This document shows, piece after piece, positions 1-10,871 of a stretch of DNA of 64,000 bases. The position numbers and the translations under genes are program-made. Each line of letters begins with the position of its first letter. Within the stretch, counting starts at the first letter, position 1. A model generated the notes under the pieces. That model was not told where the DNA came from and searched no databases. It saw only the letters and a list, made by a program, of their open reading frames with translations. The stretch comes from an uncultured Collinsella sp. (GTDB lineage Bacteria > Actinomycetota > Coriobacteriia > Coriobacteriales > Coriobacteriaceae), in assembly GCA_905209455.1 (NCBI GenBank), contig CAJLTA010000004.1, positions 33,006-97,005 on the forward strand. Reading direction: 5' to 3'.

Positions 1-1155
1 GAGATCATGAACACCACGGGCACGAACACGCCGGCGACCTTGTCGGCCATGCGGGCGATGGGCGCCTTGGTGGCATTGGCGTCCTCGACGAGCTGGATAA
101 TCTTGGCGAGCGACGTGTCGGCGCCCACGCGTGTGGCACGGAAGGTAAACGAGCCGGTGCGGTTGACAGTGGCGGCGTTGACGGTGTCGCCGGCGGTCTT
201 CTCCACGGGGATGGACTCGCCGGTCAGTGCGCTTTCGTCCACGGCCGAAGCGCCCTCGAGTACCACGCCGTCGACAGGGATGGACTCGCCGGGGCGCACA
301 CGCAGCACCTGGCCGGGAAGGATACTGTCGACGTCGACGGTGGTTTCGGTGCCGTCATCGGCAACGACGGTCGCGGTCTTGGGTGCCAAGTCGATGAGTG
401 CCTCGATGGCGCCGCCGGTCTTGGACTTGCTGCGCGTCTCGAGGTATTTGCCCACGGTGACCAGCGACAGGATCGTGCCCGCACTCTCAAAATACAGATT
501 GTCCATGCTCGTCATCATGGCCTTGTGGACCTGACCCGCGGCTAGCTGGTCGGCCATGATGAACATGGCGTAGAGCGACCAGGCGACGGAGGCGGTGGCG
601 CCCACGGCGATGAGGGCGTCCATGGTGGGCGCGCCGTGCGCGAGCGATTTAAACCCATTGATAAAGTAGGCATCGTTGACGTAGACGATGGGGATGAGCA
701 GGACGAGCTCGGTGAGGGCGAGCGTCATGCTGTGAGTATGGTCGGTGAAGATGCCGGGCAGCGGCCAGCCGAGCATGTGCCCCATGCCTGTGTAAAACAG
801 CGGGATGAGGAAGATGATCGAGATGATGAGGCGGGTACGCATGGCAGAGGCGGCGGCCTCCAACTTTTTGGTCGGCGACTCCATATGGGCGGCGCCGGAC
901 CTGGCTTGCGCACTTCCGCTTTGGACAGCGTCGGTGCCCATGCTGATGGGCGAGGCCGAGTAGCCCGCGCGGTCGACAGCGGTGCAGATGTCGTCGGGGG
1001 AGACCTGCGCAGGGTCGTAGTCCACCAGCATAGAGCCGGCGAGCAGATTGACCGCGACGCTTTGGACGCCGTCGAGCTTGCTCACGGCACGGTCCACGTG
1101 CGCTTGGCACGCGGCGCACGTCATACCGCCCACGTCAAACTTATCCTGAGCCATG
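1..1155 (-). CDS. copA: Copper-translocating P-type ATPase, partial. The N-terminal ~385 aa are present; the gene runs off the window start.
   Basis: Not in the ORF track because it is truncated. Reverse-complement translation from the ATG at 1155 reads [33 protein letters not shown]..., an HMA metal-binding domain with the GMTCxxC motif. This is followed by transmembrane segments and an actuator domain (TGESIPVEK). Upstream SD ggagaag. Confidence 0.9.
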
Positions 1156-1204
1156 GCTTCTCCTTTCTGTAGTTCGGTGTTGGAATTGTTAACCCGCCGA
1201 TACT

Positions 1205-1240
1205 ATACACCCATACCCCCTGGGGGTGTCCAGTACAGAA
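1205..1240. promoter_or_regulatory. GC-rich pseudopalindrome ATACCCCTGGGGGTGT in the copA upstream region. Candidate CsoR-type copper-sensing repressor operator.
   Basis: ACCCC-TGG-GGGT dyad lies 60-80 bp upstream of the copA start. It resembles known CsoR operators (TACCC..GGGTA type). No csoR gene is present in the window. Confidence 0.3.
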
Positions 1241-1255
1241 AGAAATGTATGACAT

Positions 1256-1531
1256 TTCGTTACAGATGAGGATAGTTGGTTGGCCGATGGACCGTCCCAA
1301 CCAATCATCTCAATCTGTAACGTCTGGACCGGTTTTTGAACCATAGCTGTTACAGATTTAGACAAACATTTCAGCCGAAAACTAACGTCTCGATCTGTAA
1401 CAACTAGACCCCGTTTTACCGAGTATTTGTTACAGATCAAGACAAACAGTTGGCAGGAAACTCAATGTCTCGTTCTGTAACATCTAGCAGCAAATATGAC
1501 CTCTAACTGTTACAGATTGAGACAATTGCCG
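1256..1531. repeat. Array of 3 tandem ~80-bp palindromic units. Each unit is bounded by 16-bp terminal inverted repeats, GTCTCGATCTGTAACA ... TGTTACAGATTGAGAC, around a 25-27 bp spacer.
   Basis: Seven alternating half-sites (gttacagat / atctgtaac) read directly: 1257, 1310, 1352, 1394, 1427, 1466, 1512. Spacers and linkers between units are loosely similar. The same unit recurs at 4965-5106. Confidence 0.85.
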
Positions 1532-1565
1532 GGGAGGGGTCCCGTCACGGCAAGACGCCCGCTCT

Positions 1566-3650
1566 CTAGATACAGAATCCGGGGATCACGCAGGTTCGTT
1601 TGTTTGGCTTGTCCGCAGGCGTTGCGTACGTAAAGGCGTCGCCGTCGTGGCCCACACGGTTTATGTAGAGCGTGCCTTCGGTCTCCGATGAGTCGGGGCT
1701 CACCGTGCGCTCCCACCAGCAGGTGTCCTTGCCCTTCCACTGACGGACCATCGCCTCGTTCGTGGAATACGGGCTCACCTTGAGCTCGCGGAAGAGTTGG
1801 TACTCCTTGCCCTCGCTGTTGTAGATGTCTGCCAGGTAGTGATAGTCCTTGGCAAACGAATCGGGCGGTTGCGTACCGCACAGCTCGACCATGGCGGGCA
1901 GCCAAAGGGTTGCGGGCAACTCGCTCAGACACGATGCACTGTTGGCTGCGCCCACATTGTTCGAGACCTTCTTGACCCCTTTAATGAGCGCGCACAACTC
2001 GTTGGGTAGCAGCTTAAGGCCGTCGCCGTTGAGCCATTCCCGCAGCTCGCAATCTGCCCAGCCGGCGCTCGGCGGTTCAGCTGCAGCGTTGCGCTCGGCA
2101 ATACCCGCATCGAACATAAACGTCAATCCGGCCTTGCCCGTCCCGTCCAGAAGCTCATCGTGGCGGATGCCCACAAGCTGCGCGCCAACCTGCAGCCCGT
2201 TGGTGAGCGTGACACGTTTGGTACACGGATAGGGGATATGCCCATCGGCATCGAGCAGGTGATAGCGCTTGGCAATCTCGCGTGCCTCGCTACGGGTCTC
2301 GGCGGCCTTAATCTTGAGCGAAATCTCCTGCAGCTGATCCCAGGTGTAGTCGCCAAGCGAACCGCGGATGCCGTCCAGGTAGTCGGGGATGCCAAAGCCA
2401 TGGGTCGCCGCCCCAACGACGCTGAGCCCCGCAACGGCTGCAACGACGCCACCGATAATAAACCGGCGGCGGGTCATGGCATCGTGTCGGGCCTGCTCCA
2501 GAATCTCTCTCGCGCGCTCGCCGGCGACGTCGACCTTAAGGTGCGTACCGGAGTCGATGTCGATTGCGGCGTCACTGCCCGCGCCCTCGCGGCCCTCGGA
2601 TTCGGCGTCGGTGAGGTATGTCGAGAGCACCTCGAGCATCTGCTGCTCGGTAGGGCGATCGCACTGCTCGACTGAGAGACCCTTCATGATGATTTGGACA
2701 AGCGCTTCATCGCCCTCGCAGCGCGGCTCGAGCGGTGCCGGCTTGGTCTTGGTCTTTACGAGATAGAACGAGCCGGTTGCAGCGGCGTCCGTCGACTCAA
2801 AGTCAAACGGTTTGCGACCGCTGTAGAGCTGGTACAAAATGCTCGAAAGCGCGTAGACATCGATTGCCGGCGAACGGCGAAGGGCCGTGATGCCTTCGAT
2901 ATCCTGCGTGAGCATTTCGGGCGCAGCGTATGCGGGCGTGGCAAAGCGCCAGATGTCGGCGCGCCGGGTGATCGTGTCGTCGCCGAGAGCCATGGTCGCG
3001 GAGCCCATGTCGATGAGGCAGGGGTCAAAGGAGCAATCGGCAATCTGCTGCTCGAGCGTTCGGCTGGTGGTGCGGAACATGATATTGGCAGGCGACAGGT
3101 CGCGATGGATGACCGGATTCACGAGGCCTTGGGTTATCAAGAGCGCACGAAGCACGGCGTTTCCGACGGCGGCGACCATCTGGGTGGTCAGCCCGCCCGA
3201 GGCGTCGTGCGGAAGCAGGGGCAGCGCCTGCTTGAGCGAGATGCCCTCGACCCACTCCATGAGGATGAGCGGGTCATCCTCACACGAGCCGTAGCCATAG
3301 ACGCGCGGAAATCCGCGCAGGTGCGAGACGGTACACAGATGACGGTACTCCTCGAACAGCGCAGCGGTGTTGGCCAGGTGCGCTGCCGATTGCTCGGCGG
3401 AGCGATCGAGGGCTTGGCCGGAAAGGATGGCATTGTCCTTGAGTAGCTTGACGGCAAAGACCTCGCCGCTCGTGTTGGTCGCGCGCAGCACGTGCCCGAT
3501 GTTGCCGTTGTTGCGGTGGGCCGTCTGGAGAATAAGCGTCATAAGCCGACGCTTGGCGTCGTCCTCGGCGCTGGGGTCGACCGCCACGGCGGTATCGAAC
3601 GTATCGAGACGGATGAGTTTGTCGCCATAGGCGCTATCGGTAGTATCCAT
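1566..3650 (-). CDS. Transmembrane Ser/Thr protein kinase with an uncharacterised ~300-aa extracytoplasmic C-terminal domain.
   Basis: Hanks kinase motifs are present: VAIK-like FAVKLL, HRDLSPANIM, DMGSA, and APE in AYAAPE. A single TM helix (RRRFIIGGVVAAVAGLSVVGA) follows. The C-terminal domain is Cys-containing (CWWERT, VIPGFCI). The likely start is the internal Met MDTTDSAYGDK at 3650; the track ORF extends to 3737. Confidence 0.85.
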   Translation of the reverse strand: MDTTDSAYGDKLIRLDTFDTAVAVDPSAEDDAKRRLMTLILQTAHRNNGNIGHVLRATNTSGEVFAVKLLKDNAILSGQALDRSAEQSAAHLANTAALFEEYRHLCTVSHLRGFPRVYGYGSCEDDPLILMEWVEGISLKQALPLLPHDASGGLTTQMVAAVGNAVLRALLITQGLVNPVIHRDLSPANIMFRTTSRTLEQQIADCSFDPCLIDMGSATMALGDDTITRRADIWRFATPAYAAPEMLTQDIEGITALRRSPAIDVYALSSILYQLYSGRKPFDFESTDAAATGSFYLVKTKTKPAPLEPRCEGDEALVQIIMKGLSVEQCDRPTEQQMLEVLSTYLTDAESEGREGAGSDAAIDIDSGTHLKVDVAGERAREILEQARHDAMTRRRFIIGGVVAAVAGLSVVGAATHGFGIPDYLDGIRGSLGDYTWDQLQEISLKIKAAETRSEAREIAKRYHLLDADGHIPYPCTKRVTLTNGLQVGAQLVGIRHDELLDGTGKAGLTFMFDAGIAERNAAAEPPSAGWADCELREWLNGDGLKLLPNELCALIKGVKKVSNNVGAANSASCLSELPATLWLPAMVELCGTQPPDSFAKDYHYLADIYNSEGKEYQLFRELKVSPYSTNEAMVRQWKGKDTCWWERTVSPDSSETEGTLYINRVGHDGDAFTYATPADKPNKRTCVIPGFCI

Positions 3651-3821
3651 GGCGTTCCTTTGTCTGGCATGGGTTGCCGCACGTATACGTGAGCAGTGCG
3701 GATATCGGTAAAGTACCATGATAGCCGCACTGCCCACGTATACCGCTGAGCATTGTCGTTTACGACGCAGAAGGTAGAAGACGAAAGACGGACGGCGACC
3801 GTCTTTCGATCGCCGTCCGCG

Positions 3822-4814
3822 CTAGTCCACAATGACAAGGAATGTCGTGTAGAGACCCAGATGGAGCCTGTCGCTGTTTTCGATTTCCACCGGGGGATAG
3901 ATCTTGCCGGGCTCGCGTTGGTCGCGCGGCGGCTCAATCACAATATCGCCGTCGCCTGCACCCGATTCGAGTACCGTGCCGTTGGTCGATCCAAGGCCTT
4001 GGGCGTACCAGTGCTCACCCTCGAGCCAAATGCGAAGATGCTCGCGCGATGCGTCGGCGCCCACATCGGTGATGCTGGGCGAGGTTTTGGGCAAAGAACC
4101 AATCACGGTGCCGTGCGGATCGCGTGTGAGGGGATGGATTTGCATGTCGGCGCAGTTGTCGGCATGGGTTCTGAGCAGACCGAGGTTGGGGGCGACGGTG
4201 CGCGGCTGCTCCAGGCTGCTCATAAAGCCACGTCCGACGGTAGTTTCGGTGGTGCCAAAGTGCTCGCCCGTCTTGCTGTCGCAAAAGCGCTCGACGGTGG
4301 CCACGCCCTGAACGGGATCGGCGAGCGCCCCCGTTGCCACAAAGAGCATAAGGTAAAGCGTGCTTTTCTCGCGCACGGCATTGCCGTCAAAGTTGTCGAT
4401 GCGATTGAGGGCATTTGCATATAGGCGGCTGTCCAGCTTGTAGCTGGCGAGAGCCGACATCATTTCGTTGGCGGCCGGACCGCGATAGTGCTCGGCGATT
4501 GCCCGATAGGCGGACTCGCCGCCGCCGAGCTTGCTGCAGATTGCCGAGGAAAGGTTGAGCGTGGTGACGGTAAAGTCGCTGTAGATGGAGGGCGCGCACT
4601 GGTCAGGCTTGCGATGGACGATGTAACGGGTGAGATACGAGCGGTTGGAAGAGCATTTCTCGAGCAGGGTACTGCCGAGATAAGAGTTTCCATTGATGAG
4701 CATTCGGGCGATCTCGAGATGTTTAAGACCGCCGAACGAGCGAATATCGTTATAGAGGACCGAGCAAGGCGTCTCTGCTGCCACGGATACCTCCTTTGAT
4801 TGCTTCCTAGCCAA
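3822..4814 (-). CDS. FHA domain-containing protein. An unknown N-terminal domain is followed by a C-terminal FHA phosphothreonine-binding domain.
   Basis: C-terminus reads VGRGFM...SREHLRIWLEGEHWYAQGLGSTNGTVLESGAG, matching the FHA signature (GR...SR.H..I......DLGSTNGT). The track start is a TTG; the true start is uncertain. Confidence 0.75.
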   Translation of the reverse strand: MARKQSKEVSVAAETPCSVLYNDIRSFGGLKHLEIARMLINGNSYLGSTLLEKCSSNRSYLTRYIVHRKPDQCAPSIYSDFTVTTLNLSSAICSKLGGGESAYRAIAEHYRGPAANEMMSALASYKLDSRLYANALNRIDNFDGNAVREKSTLYLMLFVATGALADPVQGVATVERFCDSKTGEHFGTTETTVGRGFMSSLEQPRTVAPNLGLLRTHADNCADMQIHPLTRDPHGTVIGSLPKTSPSITDVGADASREHLRIWLEGEHWYAQGLGSTNGTVLESGAGDGDIVIEPPRDQREPGKIYPPVEIENSDRLHLGLYTTFLVIVD

Positions 4815-4964
4815 TATGGCGATAGGAATTAATGGCCCCCGGTGGGCGACGTATTAAATGGCCGCGCAATATATAGCGTAACCAAAGCAACATTATAGGT
4901 CACGTGTGCGAAGTTGCAGGAAGACTGAGAGATTTGGTTTGGACTGGACGGAAATCCCCCTCTG

Positions 4965-5106
4965 TCTTGATCTATAACAATTAGGACCGATTTTACTCGG
5001 TAACTGTTACAGATTGAGACGTTTGTGAACCGTGTCGACCGTTTGTCTCGATCTGTAACACGTAGAGGAAGATTTGCCCTGTAGATGTTACAGATTGAGA
5101 CAATCA
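4965..5106. repeat. Two further copies of the ~80-bp TIR-bounded palindromic unit. Same family as 1256-1531.
   Basis: tgtcttgatctataaca...ctgttacagattgagac and gtctcgatctgtaaca...gatgttacagattgagac. Both arrays end with the motif tgttacagattgagacaat. Confidence 0.85.
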
Positions 5107-5372
5107 GCCAGGCCCGCCCCGTCCGCCTCGTCATCTGTGGTTTACGTGGGGGCATGCGAAGTACGGGTATACTAACCGGCGGCGAATCTGCTCCATCGCT
5201 TAGAGCTGCTGCGTCTGGACGGCGCGTGATAAGGCTGCCAAAGCGATCGCCAGCGTGCTGAGCAACGTCCTCTCTGTGCGCACCTGTTTTTGTATGTATT
5301 AGCGCACTACCAAGCACGCTCGCGCGGCCGCATGCCGTGCCCATAATGCGTGCAGATAAGGAACAACAACAT

Positions 5373-7628
<2,256 letters not shown>

Positions 7629-7658
7629 ACGCGTCGCACGCTAGAGCGAGGCGAACTA

Positions 7659-7694
7659 AGGGCCCCGAGCAACTACGCTCGGGGCCCTTTTGTT
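7659..7694 (+). terminator. Rho-independent terminator of the helicase gene.
   Basis: agggccccgagc-aactac-gctcggggccct followed by ttttg. Confidence 0.8.
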
Positions 7695-7797
7695 TGCCGC
7701 ATCCGACCGTTGGTCCGGTGTGATTTGCTCAGGAATGCACCTGGAGGATGCTGAAGGCCCGTTTTCAGCCATGCGGCAATGGGTCCCATGGGGTGCG

Positions 7798-8060
7798 CCG
7801 TGCATTTTTTGGAGTATTCTGCAGATCGAGTTGCCTGCATACGATTCGACGTCGCCAGCGGTGGCCTTCGGATATCCCTAGCGAGTGTTTTGAGTCAGAC
7901 TTTTCCGTTTTCCGGTGCAAAGGTGTGTCATTCTCGTTATAGCGGAACCCAAAACGATGCAGCGCCCTACAGTTTTGCCCGCTCGCGGCGGTGTTGGCAC
8001 GAGCGCGTTGCAGAATACTCCGTTTTTTGCACGGTCCGGGATGGGGTACCTCAGGAGAAC
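7798..8060. repeat. ~260-bp intergenic element bounded by 27-nt inverted blocks, CCGTGCATTTTTTGGAGTATTCTGCAG ... TGCAGAATACTCCGTTTTTTGCACGG. Copy 1 of 2.
   Basis: The left block at 7798-7824 and the right block at 8009-8034 are mutual reverse complements apart from the T-run. The second copy at 27058-27320 has identical ends and equal internal length (~185 bp) but an unrelated interior. Candidate MITE or small-RNA locus. Confidence 0.6.
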
Positions 8061-8133
8061 ACAGCGGTATCACGTAAATATATGCAATCTGTAACGGAAA
8101 TTATGCAAATCAATGAGGCAGACAGCATAGTTT

Positions 8134-8215
8134 GGTGCAAAGGGGTCAGGTTAATCTGCACCAGGTTGGTGGAAACAAACCTGACCCCTTTGCGCTAAAC
8201 CGGGGTGTCCCCGCG
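8134..8215. repeat. ~65-nt nested hairpin repeat (19-bp stem enclosing a palindromic apex tgcaccaNgttggtgca) plus a conserved tail GG(G/A)GTGTCCC. Upstream copy.
   Basis: ggtgcaaaggggtcaggtt-aatctgcaccaggttggtggaaacaa-acctgacccctttgcgc. A near-identical copy lies at 9054-9150, on the other side of the same gene. Confidence 0.7.
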
Positions 8216-8281
8216 CGCCGTATACTCTGTCTAAGCATGCGGGCGGCTTGGTGTGTTACCAAGCGTAGGGGAGGATGTTCG

Positions 8282-9043
8282 ATGAGCATGTTCGAAATTG
8301 TGTTTAGTCCGACGGGCGGAACGGAGAAAGTGTCTGGTCTTGTGACCGGGGCGCTGGATGGGAATATCGTTACCGTCGATCTGACCGATAGCGGGTTGGA
8401 TTTCCACGGGGTCTCGATGGCGAAGGGCGACGTTGCGGTTATCTCCGTCCCATCATATGCTGGCAGGGTTCCAGCTGTGGCGGTTGAGCGACTGGGAATG
8501 GTGCGTGGCAACGGAGCTCGGGCTGTTTTGGTTTGTGTTTACGGGGGCCGCGCGTTTGAGGATACGCTTATTGAGCTGGAAGACGTTGCGAAGCGTGCCG
8601 GATTTAGGGTGGTTGCAGCGGTTTCTGCCATTGCCGAGCATTCCGTTGCTCGTCAGTTTGCTGCTGGGCGACCGGATGCGCAGGATGTGGCGCAACTTTC
8701 AGAGTTTGCGCAGCGAATCCGGCAAAAGCTACTGGACGGGGCTGCGTCCGAGCCCTCTATTCCCGGCAATCGTCCTTATAAGCAAGCTGGAGGCCACAGT
8801 ATGGTGCCCCATGCAACGGAGGATTGCGTCTCCTGCGGTGCTTGCGCTGCGTTGTGCCCTGTTCGAGCTATCGACAAGGACGATCCAAGGCAGGTGGATG
8901 GCGAGGCGTGCATCTCCTGCATGCGTTGCGTCTCCGTATGCTCGCAGAATGCTCGCAAACTTGACCCTAACAAACTTGCCGCCGTTACCCAGATGCTGAG
9001 CAAGGCTTGCGTCGAGCGCAGGGAATGTGAGATCTTCATCTAA
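8282..9043 (+). CDS. Flavodoxin-like domain fused to a 2x[4Fe-4S] ferredoxin domain (EFR1-type ferredoxin).
   Basis: MSMFEIVFSPTGGTEKV flavodoxin-fold N-terminus. C-terminus carries CVSCGACAALCP and CISCMRCVSVC clusters. SD aggggagga. The track ORF starts further upstream at 8132. Confidence 0.8.
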   Translation: MSMFEIVFSPTGGTEKVSGLVTGALDGNIVTVDLTDSGLDFHGVSMAKGDVAVISVPSYAGRVPAVAVERLGMVRGNGARAVLVCVYGGRAFEDTLIELEDVAKRAGFRVVAAVSAIAEHSVARQFAAGRPDAQDVAQLSEFAQRIRQKLLDGAASEPSIPGNRPYKQAGGHSMVPHATEDCVSCGACAALCPVRAIDKDDPRQVDGEACISCMRCVSVCSQNARKLDPNKLAAVTQMLSKACVERRECEIFI

Positions 9044-9053
9044 CGCAAGCGAG

Positions 9054-9150
9054 ATTGGTGCATTGGGGTCAGGTTAATCTGCACCAAGTTGGTGCAAACA
9101 AACCTGACCCCATTGCACCAGAGCAAGGAGTGTCCCTGGGTGCCGGCAGA
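9054..9150. repeat. Downstream copy of the nested hairpin repeat.
   Basis: ggtgcattggggtcaggttaatctgcaccaagttggtgcaaacaaacctgaccccattgcacc...ggagtgtccc. Partial covariation in the stem relative to copy 1 (aa/tt versus tt/at). Confidence 0.7.
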
Positions 9151-9386
9151 AATGGAGTGCCCCTAAGTGTCGCCTAAATACCGTTTATCGAAGAAAAAAT
9201 ACCGTTCATCGGTCATAATGATTGTTCCGGCTTTGGAATTGTCTACAAAAGCTCCCGTAAAAAGAAATGCGGAAGGTTACCGAGTCCCTCGGACGTGGGC
9301 CTAACCAAAGTCTTTGAACGGGTGTGTCTCTATGGATGCATTCGCTTGATTTTGGTTGGGCTATATTTATGAAGGGACATGCCACC

Positions 9387-9899
9387 ATGGGTTTCTTTTC
9401 TCGCCTGATGGGCGGTTCGGATGAGCAGAAGACTGCGGCTTCCGAGTTCGAAATCCTCGCTCCCGTTTCCGGCGAGCTTGTTCATCTAGAAAATACCAAT
9501 GATCCCGCTTTTAGCAGCCGTGCTGTGGGCGATGGCGTTGCCGTGGTTCCCCAAGAGGGAACGGTGTGCGCTCCTGTTTCCGGCACCGTTGCGGCGCTGT
9601 TTCCGACTGAGCACGCGCTGGGCATCATGTCCGACGACAGCTCTGCTCAGGTGATGCTGCATATCGGAATCGACACTGTTAAGCTTGAGGGCAAGGGCTT
9701 CCATGCGCTTGTTGCCCAGGGTGACCATGTCGACGCGGGCCAGCCCCTCGTCGAGGTCGATTTCGACGCGGTCCGCGCCGCCGGCTTCGATCCCACGGTC
9801 TTCGTTATCGTGTGCGAGCGTTCAGAGAACTCGACTCTTCGTGAGCATGCTTCCGGCCCTGTTGCTGTTAAAGAGCCTGTCGTCTGGCTTTCCGAGTAA
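9387..9899 (+). CDS. crr: PTS glucose-family EIIA component.
   Basis: VGDGVAVVPQEGTVCAPVSGTV...TEHALGI...HIGIDTVKLEGKGF (EIIA-Glc active-site histidines). An alternative in-frame ATG lies at 9369. Confidence 0.85.
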   Translation: MGFFSRLMGGSDEQKTAASEFEILAPVSGELVHLENTNDPAFSSRAVGDGVAVVPQEGTVCAPVSGTVAALFPTEHALGIMSDDSSAQVMLHIGIDTVKLEGKGFHALVAQGDHVDAGQPLVEVDFDAVRAAGFDPTVFVIVCERSENSTLREHASGPVAVKEPVVWLSE

Positions 9900-9905
9900 A
9901 TTCTT

Positions 9906-10772
9906 GTGGTGGGTACCGTGGTTATCAAGCGAGTTTTTAACAACAACGTCGCAATGGTCACTTCGGACGATGGCTCCGAGCTCATCGTCATCGGCCGAGG
10001 CCTCTGCTTTGGCCGTCATGCCGGCGATGCCATCGACGAGGCGTCGATCGAAAAGACCTACGCGTTGCAGGAGGGAACTTCTCAGGATTCGCGTACGATT
10101 GACCGCTTGGCACATCTTTTGGAGTCCATCCCCACCGTCAACCTCGTGATTGCCGAGGACATTGTTCAGATGCTCCGTCGTGAGCTCAATGTTGATATCA
10201 ACGACAAGATTCTCATTGCTCTCGCAGACCATATCAGCCTTGCTTTGGAGCGTGAGCGCAAGGGCGTCTCCTGTGAGAATCCGTTGCTGCTCGAGATCCA
10301 GCAGTTCTATCGCAAGGAGTATGCACTTGCGGGCCGTGCGCTGCAGATTATCAAGGAGTATATGGGCATCCAGATGAGCGAAGAAGAGCAGGGCTTCATT
10401 ACGCTGCATATCGTCAACGCCACCATGCCGCAACGCTCCGACCGTTTGATTGTTTCGGTCCAGCTTGTTCGCGACGTGCTCGCGATTGTTTCCGAGCGCT
10501 ATGCTACGACCCTCGATGACACCTCGTTGCCCTATGAGCGTTTCGTCCGCCACCTGCAGTTTTTCGCACAGCGGGCGCTTGACCCCACGGCCGGGCAAAT
10601 CAATGGCGACGCGCTGTTCCGAATCGATGAAACGGCGTATCCGTGCGCATTCTCGTGCGCGGACGCCATAGCCGCCCACTTGTCGTCTACCTATAACGTT
10701 GTCGTTACCGATGCCGAGAAGAGCTATCTCGCATATCACATTGTTAACCTGCTTGGAGAACCTGGTCTCTAG
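9906..10772 (+). CDS. licT: BglG/LicT-family transcription antiterminator. CAT RNA-binding domain followed by two PRD domains.
   Basis: N-terminus VIKRVFNNNVAMVTSDDGSELIVIGRGLCFG matches the LicT/SacY CAT domain. PRD histidines are in context. The start is a GTG, at 9906 or 9918. Confidence 0.8.
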   Translation: MVGTVVIKRVFNNNVAMVTSDDGSELIVIGRGLCFGRHAGDAIDEASIEKTYALQEGTSQDSRTIDRLAHLLESIPTVNLVIAEDIVQMLRRELNVDINDKILIALADHISLALERERKGVSCENPLLLEIQQFYRKEYALAGRALQIIKEYMGIQMSEEEQGFITLHIVNATMPQRSDRLIVSVQLVRDVLAIVSERYATTLDDTSLPYERFVRHLQFFAQRALDPTAGQINGDALFRIDETAYPCAFSCADAIAAHLSSTYNVVVTDAEKSYLAYHIVNLLGEPGL

Positions 10773-10871
10773 GCATAACGTGCCCACACATCGATTGATA
10801 TAAGGCAAGGCTCACGGTCTTGTCCAGGGCACATCTGTCTTAATTTGCGGAAAAGGAAGGGGAGTACCGCT

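Noticed and set aside
1256-1531. Considered whether the alternating repeats form a CRISPR array
   Set aside because: The repeats alternate in orientation as inverted pairs. Spacers are mutually similar and only ~26 bp. No cas genes or leader are present.
10773-10871. Expected a clean RAT/terminator pair between licT and the EIICB gene
   Set aside because: Only a partial RAT-like match (GATTGATATAAGGCAAGGC) and no convincing intrinsic terminator hairpin. Reported only as a low-confidence note under the PTS finding.
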